A DNA stretch of 64,000 nucleotides from an uncultured Pseudomonadota bacterium (lineage in GTDB: Bacteria; Pseudomonadota; Alphaproteobacteria; RF32; CAG-239), in the NCBI GenBank assembly GCA_902495305.1, contig CABUWG010000003.1, positions 989-64,988 of the forward strand, given 5' to 3'. Below are positions 9,241 to 18,863 of this stretch, piece after piece. How positions within the stretch are numbered: position 1 is the stretch's first letter; every line of letters begins with the position of its first letter. The notes beneath the pieces were generated by a model. It saw only the letters and a program-made list of their open reading frames with translations. It was not told the origin of the DNA and ran no database searches. The translations under genes and the position numbers were made by a program.

Positions 9241-12200
9241 ATGGCAAATCAACCGGTTGAGAATAAATCTGGTCAGGAAAACCGTCTTCCTGCTTATATG
9301 ACCATGCCGCAAAAAAACAACTTTGCCGAAGCCGAAGAAACTACGTCTTGGATGGCCGGCAGCCTTCATCGCCTGATGGTTTGGGTAAGTCTCGGCTGGT
9401 TCGGCATTGTGCTGATTTACATCACCCAGTTTTTCGGCTGGTCCAACCTGTTTTTGATGATGCCGGACGAATTCGGCGGCTTCCTTGCCGGCGTAACCTT
9501 GCCGCTCGCCGTTATCTGGGTTGTCATTGCCTATATTGACCGCGGGACAAATTTCAAGCAGGAAGCCAGACTGCTCCGGACATATATGAACAATCTGGTT
9601 TATCCGTCCGACGCTTCCGGCGCCGAAACCGCTCAGGCTATGGCAGAGGCTATCCGCGCTCAGGTGCAGGAACTTCACGAAGTCACCAGACACGCCACGG
9701 AACAAACTGAATTTATCAAGAACGAACTCGGCAATCGGGTTGATGACTTTGCCAAACTCGTGGGCGCTCTTGATAACTATTCGTCAAATACCCTGATAGA
9801 ATTGAATGAAAACGTCAAAAACCTTGTAAAAAGCTTTGATTATGTTTCGGACAAGGCCGCTTCGTCAAGCGACAACCTCAAATTGCAGGCCTCTGAATTT
9901 TTATCAGTTCAAAACCAGTTTCAAAATAACATCGGCGAATTGTTCAATAGCCTTGCTCCGCGCCTGCAGGAACTGCAAAATTCCGGACTGTTGCTGAAAA
10001 GCATTTCCGATGAAGCGGGAAGCCGTATGGCCAAAGCCAATGAGCTCATGCTGGAGTTCAATGACCGCGCGGCCAAAAATGTCAGCTATATTACCGATGC
10101 CGTTTCGGCTCAGGCCGGCAAACTTGATGCCGTGGCTCAATCCGCCGCCGCCGGTACCGAACGGACTTATCAATTGATCGAAAAAGGCGTAAACAGGCTG
10201 GAAGAAGTCCTGAGAAGACAAAGCGACATCGCGGATCAGAACAGTCAGCAGCTTGATAAAAACGTTGAGCAGCTTTCTCAAAAGATTCGGGCTCAGGGCG
10301 AAGACCTCGGTATGGAAGTTGAAAAAATTATTGCCCGCACCAATGCGATCAGCGAAACGATTAATACGCAGGTTGAAGGGCTGCATAACGTCTCTGACAA
10401 TATTTCCGGCGATCTGGAAGAGGTTGATACCCGCTTGAATATGCAGGTAAGCCGCTTGCAGGATCTGCGTAACAGCTCGGTTGCATCTCTGGATGATATG
10501 GTTCGCAGCCTTGATGACAAAAATACCCGCTTTATGGAGGCTGTAGACGCTTCTATTGCCAAGACCAATGAAGCGCTTGCCGGATTGGAACTTCATAAAG
10601 AAAATATCCGCCGGATTTCGGAAGAGGCCGAAACCTCCGTAAAAGGCGTTGACGCCGTCATGGTCGAAAAAGCCAACAACCTGCGCCAAACCGCCGAACA
10701 GGCTTGTGCAAAACTGACGGAAACCGGCGAGGTTATGCAGAAATTTGCGGCCGGCATTACGGAAGCTTCTTCAATTGTTGAAACGCAAAGCCGTGTCAGC
10801 GAAGCCTCTTTGTCTCAACAGCAGCGCTATATTACATCATCCGTTACCAAACTGGAAGAAATCAAATCCGAACTCAAACGTCAGGTTGACGAACTGCTCA
10901 AAACGGCCGGTACCATTGATGAAAACGCTTCGGCTTCCGTTATCAGGCTTAAAGAGCAAATGGCCGAAGCGCTCCATGTTTGTGAAAACGTTATCTCCAA
11001 AACGCAAGGCCTTAATGACAACTTGCAATTACAGCGTGAAACGCTTGATGTGGCCACGACCCAGACCTTGTCCAAGGCCTCTCAGTTTGAAGATATTATC
11101 AAAACACAAGTTGCCGGACTGGATAAAGTTTCCCAAAGCCTTGAAGAACGTGCCGACGGCATATCCGATACTCTTGACAGGCATATAGCCGCACTTGATA
11201 AAAGTACGGCCGCCTCGCTGGAAGCCGTTGGTGATGTGGTAACGTCATTTGACAAACAAAACACGATTTTGAAGTCCATTACGGAAAGCACGGTCAACCA
11301 TGTTGCCGGAGTGGTTCAAGTCCTTGACGAAAAAGCCGAAGCAATTAACATTTTGTTCAAAAATCAGGAAGACGCTTTCTTTGACGTTTGCGACAAGATT
11401 TCCGAAAACACCAACAACATCGGCACCTCGCTCAAAAAGCAGGTCGGAATTATTGAACAAAGCTCCGACCGTGTCTTCTCCCGTATGGCAATTTTGGAAG
11501 AAAACTTTGGCAAACAAGTGGATTCCATTATGCAGAATTCTGACAAGTCTATCGACAAGCTGACCGAAATTGACAAGATGTTCAGCAATCAAAAACAGCA
11601 AATTCAGGATAATATGACCGCAATTTGCAATCAAATTACAGAAATTTCCCAATCTTTCCATAGCAATGTCGAAGACTTTACGACCGTGGTAAAAGACGTA
11701 TCCAAAGAAGCCGGAAATACGACGGAAAGCATTATGAAAAACTGCTCTCAGATTAAAGAAGCCGAAATTTCTTTGGTCGAAAACGCCAAAAACGCCTCTG
11801 CGGCATTGGAAAATCATAGCAAAGCTCTGGAAGAAAACATCGGCAAAGTCCGTTCTCAGAGCGAACTGATTAAAAATTCGCTGGATCATCAAAAAGACAG
11901 CCTTACCGACATTGCCAATGTTGTATCAACTCAGGCGCGTCTGGGTGAAAGCTCTATTGCCCAGCAGTATAAGATGTTGTCCGACGTTTCGGTCGAAGTT
12001 GCAAAGCGCATGAACGATATTAATGCGCAGTTCAAAGAAAACGTTGACATTGTTGCGGAAAACACCTCCAAAATCGCTTATGAATTTGATGTCCTGAGCG
12101 ATAAGATAATTTCTGCCGGAGAAGACGTGACTAAGACAACCAAACTGTCGCTGAAGAGCTTGGAGCAGGCCAATATGATTCTGACCCAGACCAGTGACGA

Positions 12201-13242
12201 TATGAATGCCTGTGTCAATAAATCGGTTGCCCAGATCGGAAATTCGGCCAAAGAATATGAAAAATACATTGCCGGATTTAATACCGTTACGGCCGAAGCT
12301 AGCACCGGCGTTGTTGAAATCAACAACCTGATTGCGGAACAAAGCAATAAGATGATGAACATTTCCGGTGATACCAAAAAACTGGTTGATTGCTTTAACA
12401 CGGTTCTCAACGACACATCGCTGGAGTTGTCTAAACGTGCCAACGAGGCTTTTGACAAGGTCAAAGGGTTGGGCAAGAACCTGAAAGATTTGAGCCTGCA
12501 GGTTGGCGAAACCGCAAAAATGAGCTCAATTCACATGGAAAACGCCAGCGACAAAATCCGTGCCACAATTTCCGAGGTTGCTTCCAATGCCGAGCGGATT
12601 TCCAATGAGATTCGTTCTTCCGGTGAGGTTTTCCTGCAGCAATCCAATGTTTTGGTCGCGGTATCAGAAGAAACCGTCAAAAAAATGCAGACGACTATGG
12701 AAGGTCTGACATCGGCCGCTCACAGTTTTGACGATAAAACCGGCAATATTGTTCAAAGGTCCGAAAAATTCAGCGAAATGTTCCAAACACAGCTGAAAAC
12801 GCTGCTGGAGACTTCGGAAAAGGCCGAAAGCAAATTAGAAAGCATGAAGAAAACATACCAGACAATTACGGTTGACACCTTCCTGAAAGACGCGGCCTTT
12901 ATGATTGAAAAACTCCAGACTATGGCCGTTGACATCAATCGTTTGTTCAACCCTAATGTTGAGGAAGATTTGTGGAAGAAGTTCTACAACGGCGATACCG
13001 GTGTCTTTGCCCGCTACCTGAGCAAAACCATGAGCAAGCAGCAGATCAGTGCCATTCGCGGCGAGTATGAAAGCGATGCAGATTTCCGTACCTTAGTCAC
13101 ACGCTATCTGAACGACTTTGAGGGGCTCATTGCTCAGGCCAAAAACAATGAACGTTCCGGCTTGCTGCTTTCAGTCTTTTCCGGCTCTGATGTCGGAAAA
13201 CTGTACTTCATTCTGGCCAAGGCCATGGATCGGGTAAACTGA
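9241..13242 (+). CDS. Giant membrane-anchored coiled-coil protein (1333 aa), TipN/GPR-like architecture
   Basis: Two N-terminal hydrophobic helices (LMVWVSLGWFGIVLIYITQFFGW; FLAGVTLPLAVIWVVIAYI) are followed by >1100 aa of heptad-like, Q/E/N/S-rich helix. A more globular C-terminus follows (WKKFYNGDTGVFARYL...SDVGKLYFILAKAM). GGGGAA SD upstream. Confidence 0.8.
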   Translation: MANQPVENKSGQENRLPAYMTMPQKNNFAEAEETTSWMAGSLHRLMVWVSLGWFGIVLIYITQFFGWSNLFLMMPDEFGGFLAGVTLPLAVIWVVIAYIDRGTNFKQEARLLRTYMNNLVYPSDASGAETAQAMAEAIRAQVQELHEVTRHATEQTEFIKNELGNRVDDFAKLVGALDNYSSNTLIELNENVKNLVKSFDYVSDKAASSSDNLKLQASEFLSVQNQFQNNIGELFNSLAPRLQELQNSGLLLKSISDEAGSRMAKANELMLEFNDRAAKNVSYITDAVSAQAGKLDAVAQSAAAGTERTYQLIEKGVNRLEEVLRRQSDIADQNSQQLDKNVEQLSQKIRAQGEDLGMEVEKIIARTNAISETINTQVEGLHNVSDNISGDLEEVDTRLNMQVSRLQDLRNSSVASLDDMVRSLDDKNTRFMEAVDASIAKTNEALAGLELHKENIRRISEEAETSVKGVDAVMVEKANNLRQTAEQACAKLTETGEVMQKFAAGITEASSIVETQSRVSEASLSQQQRYITSSVTKLEEIKSELKRQVDELLKTAGTIDENASASVIRLKEQMAEALHVCENVISKTQGLNDNLQLQRETLDVATTQTLSKASQFEDIIKTQVAGLDKVSQSLEERADGISDTLDRHIAALDKSTAASLEAVGDVVTSFDKQNTILKSITESTVNHVAGVVQVLDEKAEAINILFKNQEDAFFDVCDKISENTNNIGTSLKKQVGIIEQSSDRVFSRMAILEENFGKQVDSIMQNSDKSIDKLTEIDKMFSNQKQQIQDNMTAICNQITEISQSFHSNVEDFTTVVKDVSKEAGNTTESIMKNCSQIKEAEISLVENAKNASAALENHSKALEENIGKVRSQSELIKNSLDHQKDSLTDIANVVSTQARLGESSIAQQYKMLSDVSVEVAKRMNDINAQFKENVDIVAENTSKIAYEFDVLSDKIISAGEDVTKTTKLSLKSLEQANMILTQTSDDMNACVNKSVAQIGNSAKEYEKYIAGFNTVTAEASTGVVEINNLIAEQSNKMMNISGDTKKLVDCFNTVLNDTSLELSKRANEAFDKVKGLGKNLKDLSLQVGETAKMSSIHMENASDKIRATISEVASNAERISNEIRSSGEVFLQQSNVLVAVSEETVKKMQTTMEGLTSAAHSFDDKTGNIVQRSEKFSEMFQTQLKTLLETSEKAESKLESMKKTYQTITVDTFLKDAAFMIEKLQTMAVDINRLFNPNVEEDLWKKFYNGDTGVFARYLSKTMSKQQISAIRGEYESDADFRTLVTRYLNDFEGLIAQAKNNERSGLLLSVFSGSDVGKLYFILAKAMDRVN

Positions 13243-13254
13243 CAGGACTAAAAA

Positions 13255-13818
13255 ATGCAGATTTCGACGGCTGAATATAGCTTAAACCGCATATATGATG
13301 AAATCTCGTCATCAGTCAGCCGTTTATCTGCAAATAAAGAAAAAAGCACCTCTTTTTCTTATGAAAAGCAGGCGGAACGACCTTCCGAAAAGGCTTCTGC
13401 TGACTTTAGCTTTCTTCATATCGGCTGCTTGTCTCCGAGTTCGGCTTTCACCCTGCAAAAATTCATTTCTCAGCCACCGGCGCTGCAATCGGAACAACAA
13501 AAAGCAAATAAACAAGAGGTTGAAAAGGATAGTTCAGATAAGAAATTAAATAATGAAGTGCAACAAATTGAAAAAGATGATTTTTTAGATGAATTGAAGT
13601 CTTTTCTGCCGCAATATTCCGCTCAGCATATCAGCCGGATTTACGAGGGCGGCGCAACGGTAACGGCCAATGACAACTGGCTGCAAAATTTTAATACGGC
13701 ACAAAATGCCAAATACGCCAGCGAGGCTTATAATTTTGTCTTTAATATCAATAACGAGCCCAAAATCGTCATAGATTTTATGCACCCAAACAATCGGAGC
13801 TTTGATTTTAGAATATGA
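13255..13818 (+). CDS. Hypothetical protein (187 aa)
   Basis: The ORF starts 12 nt after the giant gene. Its stop overlaps the dusB ATG (ATGA at 13815-13818). No family recognised. Confidence 0.5.
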   Translation: MQISTAEYSLNRIYDEISSSVSRLSANKEKSTSFSYEKQAERPSEKASADFSFLHIGCLSPSSAFTLQKFISQPPALQSEQQKANKQEVEKDSSDKKLNNEVQQIEKDDFLDELKSFLPQYSAQHISRIYEGGATVTANDNWLQNFNTAQNAKYASEAYNFVFNINNEPKIVIDFMHPNNRSFDFRI

Positions 13819-14783
13819 TTGGTAACATGAATTTCAAAAGCCGGGTCTTTCTTGCACCGATGGCCGGAATTACCGACCGTCCGATGCGCAGGCTAATTGC
13901 TTCGCTCGGCGCAGGTAACATTGTTTCGGAAATGGTTGCCGTCAATGCCTTGCAGCGCCGCAACCCCAAAAGCTACCGGATTGCCGATGTCAGAGATGAA
14001 GATTATCCGGTCATTGTGCAACTGGTCGGCGGCGAACCGGAACTGTTTGCCGAAGCAGCCAAACTGGTGGCTGAATTGGGCGCGTCTTCCCTTGATATTA
14101 ATATGGGCTGTCCGGTCAAAAAAATTGTCAATAATAACTCCGGTTCGGCATTGCTTAAAGACCTGCCGCTGGCCGGAAAAATCATAGAGAGCGTTGTACG
14201 GGCCACACCACTTAAAGTCAGCGTCAAATTCCGCAAAGGCTGGGATAACAATCATGTCAACGCCGTTGATACCGCACGCATGTGCGAGCAGAGCGGGGCG
14301 GCTTATATTACAATCCACGGCCGGACTCGCAGTGATTTCTATTCCGGCATCGCTGACTGGGACTGTATTGCCGAAGTCAAAAACACAGTAAAAATTCCCG
14401 TCATCGGCAACGGGGACGTTACTTCGCCGCAAAAGGCCAAAGAAATGGTTGATTACACCGGCGTTGACGGCGTTATGGTCGGCCGTGCTGCACTCGGAGC
14501 GCCATGGCTTATCAATGCCTGCCACTGCTATCTGGAAAACGGCAGCCTTCCGCCGGAACCCGATGTTTTGCAAACAAAACAAATCCTGTTAACCCATATT
14601 AAAGAATTGGCATCCTATTATGGAGAAAAGTTAGCTTTGCCATTGTCCCGCAAATATGTCTGCTGGTACTGCAAAAATCTGCGTGATGCCCGCCGTTTTC
14701 GGGAGAATTATGTAAAGATTGACAACTTTGCGGATGCATTTTCGGCAATAGATGACTATTTCAATAATTGTGCAAAAATCTGA
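13815..14783 (+). CDS. dusB: tRNA-dihydrouridine synthase (DusB/NifR3 type)
   Basis: 322 aa with LAPMAGITDRPMRRL, VQLVGGEP, DINMGCP, ITIHGRTR, typical Dus TIM-barrel motifs. Confidence 0.9.
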   Translation: MIGNMNFKSRVFLAPMAGITDRPMRRLIASLGAGNIVSEMVAVNALQRRNPKSYRIADVRDEDYPVIVQLVGGEPELFAEAAKLVAELGASSLDINMGCPVKKIVNNNSGSALLKDLPLAGKIIESVVRATPLKVSVKFRKGWDNNHVNAVDTARMCEQSGAAYITIHGRTRSDFYSGIADWDCIAEVKNTVKIPVIGNGDVTSPQKAKEMVDYTGVDGVMVGRAALGAPWLINACHCYLENGSLPPEPDVLQTKQILLTHIKELASYYGEKLALPLSRKYVCWYCKNLRDARRFRENYVKIDNFADAFSAIDDYFNNCAKI

Positions 14784-14795
14784 GGAACAAAGGTT

Positions 14796-16151
14796 ATGAA
14801 GATAATCATCGGCGGCGCCGGCAGTGTCGGAGCCAGTATTATCGGCTATCTGACACAGGGCAGCAACGATATTGTGGTGATAGACAGCAACTCCAAAAAT
14901 CTGGATGAAATTTCCAGAGCTTGGGACGTGCGCCCGATTTTGGGATCGGTCTCGCACCCAGAAACCTTAAAAAACGCCAATGCCGCCAATACGGATATCC
15001 TTTTGTCGGTCACGGACAGTGATGAAGTCAATATCGTGGCCTGCCAGTTAGCCCATACGCTGTTTAATATCCCCGAAAAAATCGCCCGCCTTGACAATGA
15101 GGAGTTTCTCTCTCCGGACTGGGCCGGATTGTATAATGACAGCGATGCCCCGATTGACCTGATTATCTCGCCGGATATTTCGATTGCCACGGCAATTTAT
15201 AAGCTGATAAAACTCCCCGGTGCCTTGGAATCCCTGAGCTTATGCGATGACAATCTAAAACTTGTCGGACTGCGCTGCAGCAAAAAATGCCCGTTGATTA
15301 AAACGCCGCTGAGCCAGCTCTCGCTGCTGGCGCCGGAACTCGATGTCTCTTTTGTCAACATCATCCGCAACGGTTCTTCTTTTATTCCGCGGGATGAAGA
15401 CATTCTGGATGAAGGCGATGAAGTCTATTTTCTGGTAGAAAAAAACAAACTTTATGACGCTATTCACGCTTTTGACATGGACAAACCGATGGTCGAGCGC
15501 GTTGTTATCTTCGGCGGCAGCCGGATAGCGCTGCATTTGGCCAAAAAACTGGAACGTGATGACAATATTCTGAGTGTCAAAATCATTGAAAATGACGCCG
15601 CCACGGCCCGCCGGCTGGCCAAACACCTGAACAGCACTTCCGTTATTAACGGCAATCTGATGAATGACACTATAATTCAGGAAGCCGGTATTGAAAACGC
15701 CGATGTCGCCGTCAGCATTACGGAATCAGATAAAGATAACATGCTTTTCCCGCTGCTGGCAAAATCTTTGGGCGCCACGTCAACCATATCTCTGATAAAT
15801 TCGCGCGCCTACACCAATCTGCTTAACGCACCGGAAAACGTCTGGGTTGACCGCTCGTCCGTTACCATATCCCACATTTTGAAAGAAATCCGCAAAGCCA
15901 AAATTGTCAAGGCACATTCGCTCGGTCGCGGCTTTGGCGAAATCTGGGAGGTAAAAATCGGCGAAACCTCCAAACTGCTTGAAAAAAAGCTTTCTGCCCT
16001 AAAGCTTCCGCCCAACAGCAAAATCTGCGCCCTTTATCGTGATGAAACCGTCACTTTTCCGCTGCCGCAGGAAAAAATCAGCCTGAATGACCGGCTTGTC
16101 GTTTATGTCGGAGCCGAAGCCGTCAAAAAAGCCGAAAAATTATTTTCATAA
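14796..16151 (+). CDS. trkA: Trk potassium uptake system NAD-binding subunit TrkA
   Basis: 451 aa with two Rossmann/RCK repeats (MKIIIGGAGSVGASI; VVIFGGSRIALHLAKKL). Confidence 0.9.
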   Translation: MKIIIGGAGSVGASIIGYLTQGSNDIVVIDSNSKNLDEISRAWDVRPILGSVSHPETLKNANAANTDILLSVTDSDEVNIVACQLAHTLFNIPEKIARLDNEEFLSPDWAGLYNDSDAPIDLIISPDISIATAIYKLIKLPGALESLSLCDDNLKLVGLRCSKKCPLIKTPLSQLSLLAPELDVSFVNIIRNGSSFIPRDEDILDEGDEVYFLVEKNKLYDAIHAFDMDKPMVERVVIFGGSRIALHLAKKLERDDNILSVKIIENDAATARRLAKHLNSTSVINGNLMNDTIIQEAGIENADVAVSITESDKDNMLFPLLAKSLGATSTISLINSRAYTNLLNAPENVWVDRSSVTISHILKEIRKAKIVKAHSLGRGFGEIWEVKIGETSKLLEKKLSALKLPPNSKICALYRDETVTFPLPQEKISLNDRLVVYVGAEAVKKAEKLFS

Positions 16152-16167
16152 ACAAGGATATCGGGCG

Positions 16168-16806
16168 ATGATAAAACACATTATCTTTGACTGGGACGGC
16201 ACGCTTGTAAATACGGTACGTTTTTTGAAAATTTCTTTTGAAGAAACGTTTTCCCACTTTAACATCACAAACATAACCTATCAGTACATCCGTGAAATCT
16301 GCGCCGCCAATCCGGACAAAAATATCTTCGAACTGGTTTTTGAACCGGAGATTCGAAATGAGGCCAAACAGTATTTTTATGCCTTCATGCGGGAGAACCA
16401 CCTGAAATATATCAGCAAACGTCGCGGCGCGGAAGATATTCTGCTATTTTGCAAGAATAACAATATAAAATGTTATATACAGAGCACCAAAGACCGTGAA
16501 ATTTTGCGACGGGAGATAGAATTCTGCGGCTGGACGGATTATTTTGTCAGAATATGCGGTTCGGGAGATTATGTAACCAACAAAAACGAGGCCGCCGCCT
16601 GCACGGGATTGTTTTGCGGACAAATCCCGCCGGCAGAAGAAATGCTGGTTCTGGGCGACGGCGCTTCAGACGTTGAAATGGCCAGAACGCTGGGTTGTCC
16701 GGTCATTATCGTTAAGAGTTACGGCCGTTATATCGGTCAGCAGCCGGATTATAAACTGCGCTCGCTGAAAGATTTTGTACCTTTATTGCAAACAATGCTT
16801 TACTAA
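16168..16806 (+). CDS. HAD-superfamily hydrolase (phosphoglycolate-phosphatase-like)
   Basis: MIKHIIFDWDGTLVNT (DxDGT motif I) and LGDGASDVEMA (motif IV). The track ORF 16087 overlaps the trkA end, so I prefer ATG 16168. Confidence 0.75.
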   Translation: MIKHIIFDWDGTLVNTVRFLKISFEETFSHFNITNITYQYIREICAANPDKNIFELVFEPEIRNEAKQYFYAFMRENHLKYISKRRGAEDILLFCKNNNIKCYIQSTKDREILRREIEFCGWTDYFVRICGSGDYVTNKNEAAACTGLFCGQIPPAEEMLVLGDGASDVEMARTLGCPVIIVKSYGRYIGQQPDYKLRSLKDFVPLLQTMLY

Positions 16807-16860
16807 TAAGACAAAATGTTGTTAAACTAACAAAAAACATAATAATAAAAGGATAAAAAC

Positions 16861-17091
16861 ATGTCTCGGAATGTACAGGAAGATTTTTTGGAAAACATCC
16901 GCAAAAACAAAATTTCCGTTACCGTTTTTTTGGTAAACGGTGTAAAATTGCAGGGAATCATTACCTGGTTTGACAGCTTTTCTCTGCTGTTAAGAAGAGA
17001 CGGCCATACCCAGCTGATTTACAAACATGCGGTTTCAACCATCATGCCGGCAGAGGCCGTTGATGTTGAAATTCAGGAAAATGAAGCATAA
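16861..17091 (+). CDS. hfq: RNA chaperone Hfq
   Basis: 76 aa with [58 protein letters not shown], the canonical Sm1/Sm2 motifs. Confidence 0.95.
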   Translation: MSRNVQEDFLENIRKNKISVTVFLVNGVKLQGIITWFDSFSLLLRRDGHTQLIYKHAVSTIMPAEAVDVEIQENEA

Positions 17092-17094
17092 ACC

Positions 17095-18396
17095 TTGCCG
17101 ATAATTGAGATAAATTCAAATCACAAATCCCGTGCTTGTGTTGTTTACCCCTGTGTCAGCGGCAAAAATGCCGAGCTTTCTCCCGAGGCCCGGCTTGAAG
17201 AAGCCTGCGGGCTGGCTCTGGCAATCAACCTTGAAGTCACACATCGTGAAATTGTAAAAATCAGGGAAATCAAACCGGGAACATTTTTCAGCCGCGGCAT
17301 ATTAGACAAGCTCCGGCCGTTTTTGGCTGAAGCCGAGCTTTTGATTATAGATACCTCGCTCACGCCGATTCAACAGCGAAATTTGGAAAAAGAACTGAAC
17401 ATCAAGGTCATTGACCGAACGGCTCTGATTCTTGAAATCTTTGGTGAACGCGCCCAAACCAGCGAAGGAAAACTGCAGGTGGAATTGGCACATCTGACTT
17501 ATCAGCGCAGCCGGCTGGTACGCAGCTGGACACACTTGGAAAGGCAGAGAGGCGGTGCCGGCTTTTTGGGAGGTCCCGGAGAAACCCAGATTGAACTGGA
17601 TCGCCGTATTATTGACAATAAGATTGTCCGCATCAAAAAAGATCTGGAAAAAGTCAAGCAAACCCGCGGTTTACAGCGCGGAGCCAGACAAAAAGTTCCT
17701 TATCCGGTTGTGGCTCTGGTCGGTTATACCAATGCCGGCAAATCTTCTTTGTTCAACCGCATTGCCAATGCCGGTGTCTTTGCGGAAGATTTGCTCTTTG
17801 CCACTTTGGACAATACGCTGCGCAAAATCAAGCTGCCGTCGGGCAGGGAGGTCATCTTATCAGACACGGTCGGCTTTATTTCTGACCTGCCGCATGAACT
17901 GATTATGTCTTTTCGTGCCACGCTGGAAGAAGTTCTGGCTGCCGACATTATTGTCCATGTACGCGATATTGCCAATGAAAATACCGCCATTCAGCGCCAC
18001 GACGTTATCTCGGTTCTCAAAAGCCTCGGGTTGAACGAGGCAGAAGACCAGAGCAACTATATTGAGCTTCTGAACAAAACAGATTTGCTGTCGCCGGAAC
18101 AACAACGGAACTTAAAGCAAAACAAAAAGAAAAATACATTGCCTGTTTCTGCCTTAACCGGCGAAGGCATAGAAGCTTTTTTGAATAAAATTGATGAAAT
18201 CCTGTCAGAGCAAAATAAAACCGTCAGCCTGAATATTCCGGCCGCCGACGGAGCTCTGCTGTCCTGGCTGCACCAAAACGCGCTTATCTTGAATACCAGG
18301 TTGCAGGAAGACAAACTCTGCCTGGAACTTAAAATCAATGATGCTAACCTTTCCAAGCTTCAACATAAGACCTCGTCTCCTGTCAAATTTATATAA
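17095..18396 (+). CDS. hflX: GTPase HflX
   Basis: 433 aa with an HflX N-domain, then G1 GYTNAGKSSLFN and DTVGF. Apparent TTG start 3 nt after the hfq stop; the start codon is uncertain. Confidence 0.9.
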   Translation: MPIIEINSNHKSRACVVYPCVSGKNAELSPEARLEEACGLALAINLEVTHREIVKIREIKPGTFFSRGILDKLRPFLAEAELLIIDTSLTPIQQRNLEKELNIKVIDRTALILEIFGERAQTSEGKLQVELAHLTYQRSRLVRSWTHLERQRGGAGFLGGPGETQIELDRRIIDNKIVRIKKDLEKVKQTRGLQRGARQKVPYPVVALVGYTNAGKSSLFNRIANAGVFAEDLLFATLDNTLRKIKLPSGREVILSDTVGFISDLPHELIMSFRATLEEVLAADIIVHVRDIANENTAIQRHDVISVLKSLGLNEAEDQSNYIELLNKTDLLSPEQQRNLKQNKKKNTLPVSALTGEGIEAFLNKIDEILSEQNKTVSLNIPAADGALLSWLHQNALILNTRLQEDKLCLELKINDANLSKLQHKTSSPVKFI

Positions 18397-18469
18397 TACT
18401 TTGCTTCTCTAGCCAAACGGTTAGGTTGTCTGTGCGTGGGCAGATATTAAATCTCTCTGATAAGAGGAG

Positions 18470-18862
18470 ATGCCAATGCGTTATATATTTTTTATGTTGC
18501 TGGCGCTTGCCGGATGCGCCACCGCCAATTCCGGAAACTATGCCGCCGGTCTCAAAGAATGGGTAGGACAAAGCGAACTCAGCCTGTATGAAGGCTGGGG
18601 CACGCCGGACAACACCCTTTACCTGACACCGGAAGAAAAAGTCGTGACTTATGCCAAAACTTTTGCCAAACCGGTTGACGGCCAGACCGATCCCTACAGC
18701 AATGAAGTTTATTATCCTGCAATCACCACCGATAACTACGGTTATCCGTCAAACGGCAGCTTCAAAACCTATTATTGCCGCACATCTTTTACCATCATCA
18801 ACGGCACGGTCAGTTCCTACAGCTTTAACGGCGATGATTGTGTCAGTAGCAGGAAGAGATAA
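18470..18862 (+). CDS. Lipoprotein, unknown function
   Basis: 130 aa with the lipobox LLALAGC near the N-terminus. Confidence 0.6.
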   Translation: MPMRYIFFMLLALAGCATANSGNYAAGLKEWVGQSELSLYEGWGTPDNTLYLTPEEKVVTYAKTFAKPVDGQTDPYSNEVYYPAITTDNYGYPSNGSFKTYYCRTSFTIINGTVSSYSFNGDDCVSSRKR

Positions 18863-18863
18863 C

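Noticed and set aside
9904-11892. Several 200+ aa minus-strand ORFs inside the giant coiled-coil gene.
   Set aside because: Long antisense open frames are expected opposite a stop-poor, codon-biased coiled-coil gene. There are no start signals and no recognisable motifs.
18651-18863. N-terminal extension of the DUF2156 ORF (track start 18651).
   Set aside because: It overlaps the lipoprotein gene in another frame. The DUF2156-like sequence begins at MIQFHPLEIED (ATG 18864), which has a good SD.
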